This document shows, piece after piece, positions 56,206 through 64,000 of a DNA stretch of 64,000 nt (the stretch's first letter is position 1; each line of letters starts with the position of its first letter). The DNA comes from Minisyncoccia bacterium (GTDB lineage: Bacteria; Patescibacteriota; Minisyncoccia; Phycocordibacterales; UBA918). The position numbers and the translations under genes were made by a program. The notes below the pieces were generated by a model. That model searched no databases and was not told the DNA's origin. It worked only from the letters and a program-made list of their open reading frames with translations. The DNA lies in NCBI GenBank assembly GCA_041736805.1, contig JBGSSW010000016.1:2526-66525 (forward strand). Reading direction: 5' to 3'.

Positions 56206-57225
56206 TTAGCGCTTGGCCAAAACGGTCTTCTTGTAAGCATCTAAGTGTTCTAGAGCAATACCCGTGCCAGTAGCGACACAAAAAAGAGCTTGGTCTGCCA
56301 GATGAGCCTTCACTCCCGAACGTCGTTTGACTAGCTCAGGAAAGTTTCTTAGTTGTGAAGTCCCGCCAGTCATAATTACTCCCCCATCAATAATATCTGC
56401 TGCGAGTTCAGGTGGGGTCTCTTGAAATACATCTTTAATCGCTTTTATCATTTCACGCAAGTCTCGACTTATTGCTCGCACTACTTCATTTGTTCTTATC
56501 TCAGTTGTTCTAGGTAAACCAGAGAGTACATCTCGCCCTTTAATGTCCATTACTAGTTCTTCTTCCAAAGGTAAGGCTGAACCAATTTTAATTTTAATTT
56601 CTTCGGCTGTCTTTTCACCAATGGAAAGATTTCTAGTTTTTTTAACATAATCAATTATCGAAGCATCGATTCGATTTCCCGCACACTTCACTGAGTTTGA
56701 AGCTACAATTCCTCCTAGAGAAATCACGGCTACGTCGATTGTTCCGCCGCCAATATCGACAATCATGTGTCCTTGTGGTTCATAAATCGGCACCCCGGCT
56801 CCAATCGCCGCCAAAATCGGCTCCTTAACCACATAAGCATTTCTAGCTCCAGCTTTAAGAGTTGCCTCAACCACCGCTCGTCGTTCAGTTGAAGTCACTC
56901 CAGCTGGTACGGATATCATTACATCAGGTTTAAATAAGTTGAACCGACTCATGGATTTACGAATAAAATATCGCAACATAACTTCGGTGACTCGGTAATC
57001 TGCAATTACTCCGTCTTTCATCGGTCGATAGGCCTTGATACTGTCTGGAGTACGTCCTATCATTCGCTTTGCTTCTATTCCGACAGCTAAGACTTCATTA
57101 TCATCAGAGATAGCCACTACAGAGGGTTCGTTTAAAACAATTCCTTGTCCCGGTATAAATACCAAAATACTAGTTGTACCTAAATCAATACCAATCTTCG
57201 GGTTTAAATTATTCCAAAACATCAT
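56206..57225 (-). CDS. mreB: Second MreB/Mbl-like actin homolog
   Basis: IGIDLGT, RPMKDGVIADY, DIGGGT.D, TGG. Confidence 0.92.
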   Translation of the reverse strand: MMFWNNLNPKIGIDLGTTSILVFIPGQGIVLNEPSVVAISDDNEVLAVGIEAKRMIGRTPDSIKAYRPMKDGVIADYRVTEVMLRYFIRKSMSRFNLFKPDVMISVPAGVTSTERRAVVEATLKAGARNAYVVKEPILAAIGAGVPIYEPQGHMIVDIGGGTIDVAVISLGGIVASNSVKCAGNRIDASIIDYVKKTRNLSIGEKTAEEIKIKIGSALPLEEELVMDIKGRDVLSGLPRTTEIRTNEVVRAISRDLREMIKAIKDVFQETPPELAADIIDGGVIMTGGTSQLRNFPELVKRRSGVKAHLADQALFCVATGTGIALEHLDAYKKTVLAKR

Positions 57226-57307
57226 ATTATTTATCTTGCCAACATAGTACAACCTTTACCCCAATCTATAAAGTAGTCAAGTATAGCATGTATGCTATAC
57301 TTGACTC

Positions 57308-58807
57308 ATGCAAAATATTGGACACCGCATCGCTGACATGCGTGAGACAAAGGGAATTACTCAGGCAGACCTAGCCAAAAAGCTCAAAACTACTCAAAGT
57401 GCTATTGCTCGTATTGAATCTGGTAAACAAAATATTAGTGCCGATATGCTCAAACGTATTGGTAAAGCTCTGGGTAAAAACCTCATTACCCTTTCTCCAG
57501 GAACAGTTAATATCCAAATTGAAGGTGGCAAAAAACTGTCAGGTACTATCGAAACCAATACCTCAAAAAATGGTGCGGTCGGTCTTTTGTGTGCCAGCTT
57601 ACTAAACCGCGGCATCACCACATTAAACCGCATGCCGAGAATAGAAGAAGTCCATCGAATAATTGAAGTCTTAGAGAGTATTGGGGTTAGGGTTGAATGG
57701 AAAGGAGATAAGGTAGTAATTACACCACCCAAAAAAATTAACCTAAATAAAATTGATGTTGAAGCTGCTAAAAAAACTCGCAGTATTGTGATGTTTATCG
57801 GTCCACTAATTCATCGCCTTGGCTCTTTTAGCCTTCCCCAATCGGGAGGCTGCAAACTAGGCAGCCGAACTGTTAGACCTCATTTCTATGCCCTAGAAAA
57901 ATTTGGTGTAAATATAAATACTACAGATAAAAATTATGAAATTAAGACAAAATTAACTTCTCCAGAAGAAATTATCCTTTATGAATCAGGTGACACTGTC
58001 ACGGAAAACACCTTATTTGCAGCTGCTCTAAACCAAGGTACCACTACCATAAAATACGCTTCGGCCAATTATATGGTTCAAGAAGTTTGCGCTTTCTTGA
58101 GCTTACTGGGAGTAAAAATCGAAGGCGTTGGTACGACTACTCTTAAAGTAACCGGGATAAAAGAAATTAACCAAGCTGTCGAATACACCCTTTCAGAAGA
58201 CCCGACTGACACAATGTTTTTCTTGGCCGCTGCCATAGTGACTGACTCTTCTATCACTATTACTCGTTGTCCAATAAATTTTCTCGAACTTGAACTACTG
58301 AAATTGGAAAAAATGGGTTTTGAATATAAAAAATCAAAACCTTACCTTAGTTACAATGGAGTGACTAACCTGGTAGATATCACGACCAAGCCTTCCAAAC
58401 TAGTAGCTTTACATGAAAAAATTCATCCGGCAGTTTACCCCGGCTTAAATATAGACAACCTACCTTTCTTTGCTGTTATCGCTACTCAGGCCGAAGGACA
58501 AACTCTCATTCATGATTGGGTCTATGAAAAACGCGCCATTTATTTTACCGAGCTAGACAAACTCGGCGCTGACACCGTCTTGGCCGACCCCCATCGAATT
58601 TACATTAATGGCCCGACACCACTTCGAGCAAGTGAGCTAATCTGCCCTCCAGCCTTACGTCCGGCTACCATCCTCCTTATTGCCATGCTCGCTGCCAAAG
58701 GACATTCGATTTTACGCAATATTTATAGTATTAATCGTGGTTATGAAAAACTAATCGAAAGACTATCTTCAATTGGGGCCAGGGTCTCATATCTTGACGA
58801 ATTCTAA
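57308..58807 (+). CDS. murA: XRE-HTH fused UDP-N-acetylglucosamine 1-carboxyvinyltransferase
   Basis: N-terminal TQADLAKKLKTTQSAIARIESG HTH; SKNGA, GGCKLGSR, YPG...D, RGYE. Confidence 0.92.
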   Translation: MQNIGHRIADMRETKGITQADLAKKLKTTQSAIARIESGKQNISADMLKRIGKALGKNLITLSPGTVNIQIEGGKKLSGTIETNTSKNGAVGLLCASLLNRGITTLNRMPRIEEVHRIIEVLESIGVRVEWKGDKVVITPPKKINLNKIDVEAAKKTRSIVMFIGPLIHRLGSFSLPQSGGCKLGSRTVRPHFYALEKFGVNINTTDKNYEIKTKLTSPEEIILYESGDTVTENTLFAAALNQGTTTIKYASANYMVQEVCAFLSLLGVKIEGVGTTTLKVTGIKEINQAVEYTLSEDPTDTMFFLAAAIVTDSSITITRCPINFLELELLKLEKMGFEYKKSKPYLSYNGVTNLVDITTKPSKLVALHEKIHPAVYPGLNIDNLPFFAVIATQAEGQTLIHDWVYEKRAIYFTELDKLGADTVLADPHRIYINGPTPLRASELICPPALRPATILLIAMLAAKGHSILRNIYSINRGYEKLIERLSSIGARVSYLDEF

Positions 58808-58870
58808 ATAAAATTGGTGCCAACAGGTAAATCTGACCAACTAGTATAAGTCTGGTACAATTACCGCCAC

Positions 58871-60766
58871 ATGTTTGTTATTCAGGTAATTCCGCTTATT
58901 CGGGGCACAAAAATTGATAAACTTTCCTATTTTAGTGCGACAGAATATGAACTGGGAACCTTTCTAACCATCCCTATCCGAGGCAAAGAACATCCCGCTA
59001 TAGTCACTGAAGTTAATCCAGTAGCTGATAATAAAAGTTCGCTTAAAAGTGCTTCTTTTACTTTACGTAAACTGCCTGAACAAACCCCATTATCTTCCGT
59101 TCCCAAAAATATTCAAAGTACGGCGAAGTTACTACAAAAAATATATCCCAGTTCAGCCGGGGCCATTTTATATCAATTACTTCCGCCCGACGTTCGTACT
59201 GGCGAATATAAATATCCACTGGTTTCTTCGCTCGTGCACAAAGAAGATACTACCCCACAAATACTTACAGCTACCTTAAAGGATAGGTACGTTTCTTACC
59301 GTAGCCATATCAGAAGTGTTCTCGCTAGACGAGGCTCCGTCGTATTTGTTGTCCCTACTAGCGCTGATGTTCAGTACGCTGTCACTAATCTTTCTCAAGG
59401 TATTGAAGATAGAGTGGTAATTTTTTCTCCGGCCCAAACAAAAACTGAGCGCCGTAAATCTTACGCCGCCTATGAAGATACAAGTCTAGCAAAATTGATT
59501 ATCACAACACCTTCTCATGCTTACTTAGACCGCGTAGATTTATTATCTATAATCATAGAAAACTCGGCCAACGATTTTTATCGCAGCAAACAAAGACCCT
59601 ACCTTGATCACCGGACCGCTCTTGAAACCTACGCTAAAGCCACCGGAAGGGACATTCTGCTTGGTGATATTCTACCTAGAACTGAGGATGAATACTTGCG
59701 CAGAATGGAATTGTTCACGACCTACAATCAAGAGACAAAACGCTTATCTTTTACCTCCCCACTTACTATTATTACCCAACACGACAAATCAACTCCAGAA
59801 AAACCTTTTACTCTCTTTTCAAAAAAATTAACAGCTAGGGTTAATAATGTCCTCGAAGCCAAAGGACGAGTGTTCATGTATGGTGCCAGACGAGGTATCG
59901 CTCCAGTAGTAACTTGTATTGATTGTGGTCATATCTTCCGTTGCCCTGATTCGGATACTCCCTATTCCTTAGTAAAAACTACTTCTAAAACTGGCAACGA
60001 AGAAAGGTGGTTTGTCTCAGGTACTTCCGGCAAAAAAATTCGCGCTGCCGACACTTGTCCTGATTGCGGCTCGTGGCGTCTGCGTACTAGAGGAATTGGT
60101 ATCCAGCAAGTTCATGATGAAGCTTTGTCCACCTTTCCCAAACACAAAATATTCCTACTAGACCACATTACAGCCTCCACCAGGAAACGAGCTCAAACAA
60201 TTATTGATGATTTTTATAAATGCCGAGGAGCTATTTTACTTGGTACGCAAATGGCCCTACCTTATTTGAATGCACATGAAATAGATTTGAGCGCGATAAT
60301 TTCTCTCGATGCTACTCGCTCTAACCCTACTTGGCGCGCAGACGAAAATGTTTTTCGCCTATTACTGCAGCTACGAGAAATTAGCCGTCAAGAAGTCTTG
60401 ATTCAAACTAGAACTGAAGTTGATTCTCTTTTGCAAAGTGCTACACATGGAGCTTTAGAAGCTTTTTACAATGAAGAAATCCAACTGCGCGAACAGCTTA
60501 AATATCCTCCTTTTTCTACCTTTGTCTTACTTAGTTGGACTGGTGATAAAAGCGCAGTAGCAGAAACTGAAGAGATGATTAAAAAATTGACTGAAACAAA
60601 AACGGCTGATTACTACAGCAACCCGAATTCAGCGGATAACAAAATTCTTCGTCATGCGTTATTTAGAATTCCCCCAACTATTAAGGATAAAGATATTTTT
60701 ATGGAAATACTTAGAAATCTACCGCCGTATATTCGAATTGAAATAGACCCGCCGAGAATTGTCTAA
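58871..60766 (+). CDS. priA: Primosomal protein N'-like (degenerate PriA)
   Basis: RRG..P...CxxCG..CP, CPxCGS, GTQ, YPPF, EIDP; upstream of def-fmt. Walker motifs are degenerate. Confidence 0.8.
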   Translation: MFVIQVIPLIRGTKIDKLSYFSATEYELGTFLTIPIRGKEHPAIVTEVNPVADNKSSLKSASFTLRKLPEQTPLSSVPKNIQSTAKLLQKIYPSSAGAILYQLLPPDVRTGEYKYPLVSSLVHKEDTTPQILTATLKDRYVSYRSHIRSVLARRGSVVFVVPTSADVQYAVTNLSQGIEDRVVIFSPAQTKTERRKSYAAYEDTSLAKLIITTPSHAYLDRVDLLSIIIENSANDFYRSKQRPYLDHRTALETYAKATGRDILLGDILPRTEDEYLRRMELFTTYNQETKRLSFTSPLTIITQHDKSTPEKPFTLFSKKLTARVNNVLEAKGRVFMYGARRGIAPVVTCIDCGHIFRCPDSDTPYSLVKTTSKTGNEERWFVSGTSGKKIRAADTCPDCGSWRLRTRGIGIQQVHDEALSTFPKHKIFLLDHITASTRKRAQTIIDDFYKCRGAILLGTQMALPYLNAHEIDLSAIISLDATRSNPTWRADENVFRLLLQLREISRQEVLIQTRTEVDSLLQSATHGALEAFYNEEIQLREQLKYPPFSTFVLLSWTGDKSAVAETEEMIKKLTETKTADYYSNPNSADNKILRHALFRIPPTIKDKDIFMEILRNLPPYIRIEIDPPRIV

Positions 60767-60809
60767 TTTAAAAGGTTGTGCTAGTTTGCTATAATATAAG
60801 TAAGAAATT

Positions 60810-61343
60810 ATGGCTAAATTAGTACCAGAAAACCATCCTGTCCTACATGCAATGGCCGAAGAAATAACCGAGGCTGAATTTGCTGATGGAACCGTAAAAA
60901 AGCTACTAAGCGACCTACGTCAGGCTATCAAAACCTACAAAGTAGACGGTTTTACAGCTGTAGCCATCGCTGCTCCACAAATTGGGGTTGGTAAAAGAAT
61001 GTTTATAATTGAAGATCAAAGTACTGAGCCAGACAGATTACCAACAGTTATTGCCATCAACCCGCGACTAACCAAGCTATCTAAAAAGACACATGTGGTG
61101 GGTGAAGGCTGTCTGTCTATTCCAGACCGTTACGGACTGGTTCGTCGCTCAACTAACGTGACAATTGAAGCGATTGATGAAAATGGGACGCCTTTCAAAC
61201 GTGGGGCTGGCGGGCTTCTCGCGCAAATTATGCAGCACGAGACCGACCACCTAGACGGCATCCTTTTTACCGACCGAGCCGAAAAAATCTGGACTAAGGA
61301 AGAAATAAAAAATAAAGACCAAGCCGAAGCTCCGTTGACATGA
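60810..61343 (+). CDS. def: Peptide deformylase
   Basis: AIAAPQIG, EGCLS, QHETDHLDG. Confidence 0.97.
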   Translation: MAKLVPENHPVLHAMAEEITEAEFADGTVKKLLSDLRQAIKTYKVDGFTAVAIAAPQIGVGKRMFIIEDQSTEPDRLPTVIAINPRLTKLSKKTHVVGEGCLSIPDRYGLVRRSTNVTIEAIDENGTPFKRGAGGLLAQIMQHETDHLDGILFTDRAEKIWTKEEIKNKDQAEAPLT

Positions 61344-62197
61344 AAATAGCTTTTTTTGGTACGCCAGAGCTTTCAGCTATTGTGCTCGATGAACTTGAAC
61401 AATCAGGCATAGTTCCCAACTTAATTATTACCAATCCAGACGCCCTTATCGGACGCAAACAAGTTCTTACTCCACCTCCCGTAGCCAAATGGGCCCAGGC
61501 TAGAGCTATACCTTTTTTTCAGCCAGAAACACTTAAAGACAAGGCTCTTCTTGGACCAATTACAAATAGTTCATGGGACTTATTTATAGTTGTCGCTTAC
61601 GGAAAAATTATTCCCAGGTGGCTGATTGAGCTTCCCAAATTTGGTACGGTAAACCTGCATCCTTCGCTATTGCCTAAGTTTCGCGGTGCCAGTCCAATAC
61701 GTAGTGCAATTTTAAATAATGAAAGACAGACTGGAGTCACGGTCATGCTGCTAGATGAAATGGTGGACCATGGCCCAATTTTAGCTCAGAAAAAAATTGA
61801 CCTAAATATTAATAATTGGCCCGTTGATGGTCAAAAACTCGACACTATGATGGCGCACCAAGGCGGGGCTTTTTTGGCTGATACCATCAAACAATTTGTA
61901 GCTGGTAAAATTTCACCTAAAGAACAAGACCACATCGAAGCGACTTTCTGCACTAAAATTTCTAAGGAAATGTCTGAGTTAAATTTAGACCCATTTAATC
62001 TTCCCTCTGGCGAGGAGGCTTATAAAATTTTACTAAAAATTAGAGCTTTTTCTGGTTGGCCAGAGACCTTTTTTATCTATCAAGGAAAAAGGATCAAAAT
62101 CAAAGAAGCTGGCTTAGACTATGCGGGGAAGCTATACATTTCTAAAATCATTCCCGAAGGTAAAAAGGAAATGGATTTTACTGATTATTTTAAATAA
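61340..62197 (+). CDS. fmt: Methionyl-tRNA formyltransferase
   Basis: FFGTP, VAYGKI, NLHPSLLPKFRGASPI, DHGPI. Confidence 0.96.
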   Translation: MKIAFFGTPELSAIVLDELEQSGIVPNLIITNPDALIGRKQVLTPPPVAKWAQARAIPFFQPETLKDKALLGPITNSSWDLFIVVAYGKIIPRWLIELPKFGTVNLHPSLLPKFRGASPIRSAILNNERQTGVTVMLLDEMVDHGPILAQKKIDLNINNWPVDGQKLDTMMAHQGGAFLADTIKQFVAGKISPKEQDHIEATFCTKISKEMSELNLDPFNLPSGEEAYKILLKIRAFSGWPETFFIYQGKRIKIKEAGLDYAGKLYISKIIPEGKKEMDFTDYFK

Positions 62198-62232
62198 AAA
62201 ATGGGACGCCTTACGGCGTCCCATTTTTTATT
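62193..62232. terminator. Bidirectional intrinsic terminator
   Basis: AATAAAAAATGGGACGCC-TTAC-GGCGTCCCATTTTTTATT. Confidence 0.9.
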
Positions 62233-62236
62233 CTCT

Positions 62237-62608
62237 CTACTCACTCCTACCAAACCTCATCATTTCCTTAATCATCCTTCCTCCCTTTCTTAGCATACTA
62301 TTTCTTTTCTTGTGAGCTTTTTTCATTTCCTGGTCTAGCTCATCTTTCACCAAGTCAACCGAGGCTTCAAAAGTATCACCTAGAGCATCTGCTCTATATA
62401 AAGTACCAGCTACCCAGATATTAACTTCTGTTCGACAAACCTTTCCAGACTTTTGATTAGATATTTTTTCAAACTCAACCTCACATTTAACATCACTTTC
62501 ATCACCAATGTATTTTTCAAGTGAGCTCAACTTCTGTGCAACAAGAGCATCAATTCTATTATCAGTATTACTATTTGTGTGTTTGAAGGTTATGTTTTGA
62601 AATACCAT
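62237..62608 (-). CDS. raiA: Ribosome hibernation factor (HPF/RaiA, short form)
   Basis: KL..LEKY, EVNI...G....A....TFEASVD.VKDEL. Confidence 0.85.
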   Translation of the reverse strand: MVFQNITFKHTNSNTDNRIDALVAQKLSSLEKYIGDESDVKCEVEFEKISNQKSGKVCRTEVNIWVAGTLYRADALGDTFEASVDLVKDELDQEMKKAHKKRNSMLRKGGRMIKEMMRFGRSE

Positions 62609-62637
62609 AAGGTGGTTATTTGGCTTTTATGATTTTG

Positions 62638-62859
62638 TTAATCTTCAATTGAGAATATTTTTCTACTTGAATGGTGCCCAGACACGAGTCGGATAGATTT
62701 TTTATTTTTTCTATACTGAAGAGCGAGAATTTCCATAACTCTACTATTGGCTAGATTTCTTTCTGCCGGTTCTTTAACCCTTACTTCGCATTTATCTTGA
62801 CCATTTTCAATCAACTCTTCCTTCTTGGCGTTCGGATAAACCGAAACACGAATGTACAT
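62638..62859 (-). CDS. DUF167 (YggU-like) protein
   Basis: V.PNAKKE, VKEPAERNLAN, LVSGHHSSRK. Confidence 0.88.
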   Translation of the reverse strand: MYIRVSVYPNAKKEELIENGQDKCEVRVKEPAERNLANSRVMEILALQYRKNKKSIRLVSGHHSSRKIFSIED

Positions 62860-62861
62860 AC

Positions 62862-63170
62862 TTATCCTTCGCAGGAAACACAAACGTTATCGGAAATACT
62901 TATTCTTGGTCTGACGTAAGCAACCGTCTTACCATAATTTCTTTGCAGGTGTGCAACAATATCATCTGCTTCGTACATCTCAACATTATGAGTTTCGTCT
63001 ACCAAATAAGGGGTTTGATTTAGCCCTCCTCTTTCTACAAGTTCAGCTTGAAAATCTGCTTCAGCAACGTCTTTTAGTTCGACCTCTAAATTAAGTCTAT
63101 CAACCACTGCTAATACCTGCCGACAAAACACGCAGGATGGTTTGTAATAAAGTGTAAGCATGCGAAACAT
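62862..63170 (-). CDS. Glutaredoxin-like protein with C-terminal CVSCEG
   Basis: LYYKPSCVFC, GG..QTPYLVD, MYE..DI..L. Confidence 0.85.
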   Translation of the reverse strand: MFRMLTLYYKPSCVFCRQVLAVVDRLNLEVELKDVAEADFQAELVERGGLNQTPYLVDETHNVEMYEADDIVAHLQRNYGKTVAYVRPRISISDNVCVSCEG

Positions 63171-63324
63171 TTAAGCTTTTAACTTATTTATTATACTATG
63201 TCTCACCCAAACTACCCTGTGTATTACTCACTGACCAGTTGAATATTCACAATTTTTCTGTACAATATGACCACTAGTAATAAAAAAGCCCTAAAAAGCT
63301 TGCTGGAACTAGAAAAAAGCTTCT

Positions 63325-63396
63325 TCCGCGGTAGCTCAGTGGTAGAGCAGGTCGCTGTTAACGACTTGGTCGTAGGTTCGAATCCTACCCGCGGAG
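63325..63396 (+). tRNA. tRNA-Asn (GTT), CCA not encoded
   Basis: TCCGCGGTAGCTCAGTGGTAGAGC-AGGTCG-CTGTTAA-CGACTT...GGTTCGAATCC...CCGCGGAG. Confidence 0.97.
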
Positions 63397-64000
63397 CAAG
63401 ACAGGACGTTTACTTAATTCTAAGACCGAATCAAACGGTTTTCGCATTGTAAACTCTAGGTTTTTGCCATCAAGGAGCGAGTTATAAGATATGAGTTTAA
63501 CAATTGCTTGTTTTTCTTCTATATCAGAACTCTCAAACAACTCCACTGCATTCTGAGCTAAGAGCAAAATTGTTCTGGCTGTGATGTGGTGGTTTTTGTT
63601 GTCTGTAGTTAAATCCTCTAGCTCACTATTAATCTCCTCTTGCCGACTAGTATATTCAGTCACCTTTTCGTCATAGCGGTCTTGGGCTACCTTGCCATCA
63701 ATTAACAATTCAAGTAATTGGTTCATTCTGGTCTGGCAAGAATTATACTCATTCTGTAAGCGACTGATATTGTCTCGATGAAATAGTGTTTGACTGTCGT
63801 GATGCTTTTTTAGGTAGTCACACACCTCACTTATTTGCTCATCAGTGATAAACAAGCTTTTGAGCATATCTACTACTTGTTTCATTAACTCTGCTTCTGG
63901 CACATATATACGTTTACATATTTTCTTTGCATCTGTGCAATGGTAATAAGTAAATTTACCTTTCTTGGTTTGTCCTGAAATGGAACAACCACAATTCTTG
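63385..64000 (-). CDS. Large serine recombinase, C-terminal part (5' end outside the window)
   Basis: Hand translation gives KNCGCSISGQTKKGKFTYYHCTDAKKIC (zinc ribbon), then a coiled coil, ending PVLLRG-TAG inside tRNA-Asn. Confidence 0.85.
   Translation of the reverse strand, partial: KNCGCSISGQTKKGKFTYYHCTDAKKICKRIYVPEAELMKQVVDMLKSLFITDEQISEVCDYLKKHHDSQTLFHRDNISRLQNEYNSCQTRMNQLLELLIDGKVAQDRYDEKVTEYTSRQEEINSELEDLTTDNKNHHITARTILLLAQNAVELFESSDIEEKQAIVKLISYNSLLDGKNLEFTMRKPFDSVLELSKRPVLLRG
63385..64000. mobile_element. Left end of an integrated element (prophage or island) at tRNA-Asn
   Basis: Recombinase gene converges on and overlaps the tRNA 3' end. Confidence 0.75.

Noticed and set aside
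1402-62315. Numerous 60-165 aa ORFs antisense or out of frame within housekeeping genes
   Set aside because: They are fully nested in well-supported genes and have no motifs or expression signals.
63267-63452. 61-aa ORF spanning tRNA-Asn
   Set aside because: It overlaps the tRNA and the recombinase 3' end; spurious.
1-64000. Alternative genetic code (TGA=Gly, as in Gracilibacteria/Absconditabacteria)
   Set aside because: Conserved genes are full length under code 11, and pgi and def end at TGA in ATGA overlaps.

Overview
A 64 kb, AT-rich, gene-dense stretch of a bacterial chromosome using the standard code (TGA acts as stop). The gene set suggests Patescibacteria/CPR, probably Parcubacteria; this is an inference from the reduced dcw cluster, two mreB genes, HTH-MurA fusion, degenerate PriA/HolB, short ProS, PIF1-like helicase and stand-alone VirD4/TrwB-like ATPase. 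Most of the window is housekeeping: ROK kinase, pgi, rpmA, rplI, rplU, cysS, lysS, proS, dnaB, recR, rmuC, truB, greA, frr, def-fmt, hpf, mraZ-rsmH-ftsL-ftsI-murF and mreB-mreC-(mreD)-pbp2. It also holds tRNA-Glu(TTC) and tRNA-Asn(GTT). The most notable parts are: (1) a co-oriented 10.6 kb locus (45506-56106) with a coupling-type ATPase, a 1472-aa signal-peptide-less protein carrying a Gly/Ala membrane hairpin and a split LysM, a small acidic protein, a stand-alone paralogue of the giant protein's three C-terminal domains, and a Pro/Gln-repeat protein, which is a candidate CPR export/host-attachment system; (2) two tRNA integration sites suggesting serine recombinases whose C-terminus is swapped on integration, one live at tRNA-Asn and one a 600-bp relic at tRNA-Glu; (3) a self-contained promoter-RBS-terminator unit at 11.7-12.0 kb encoding a small Lys/Arg-rich peptide that appears split by a +1 frameshift at a 12-bp hairpin; (4) a 108-bp MITE-like element after greA; (5) many -10 boxes only 6-9 nt before start codons, implying leaderless mRNAs. 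All protein calls come from motif recognition by eye; no database searches were run.
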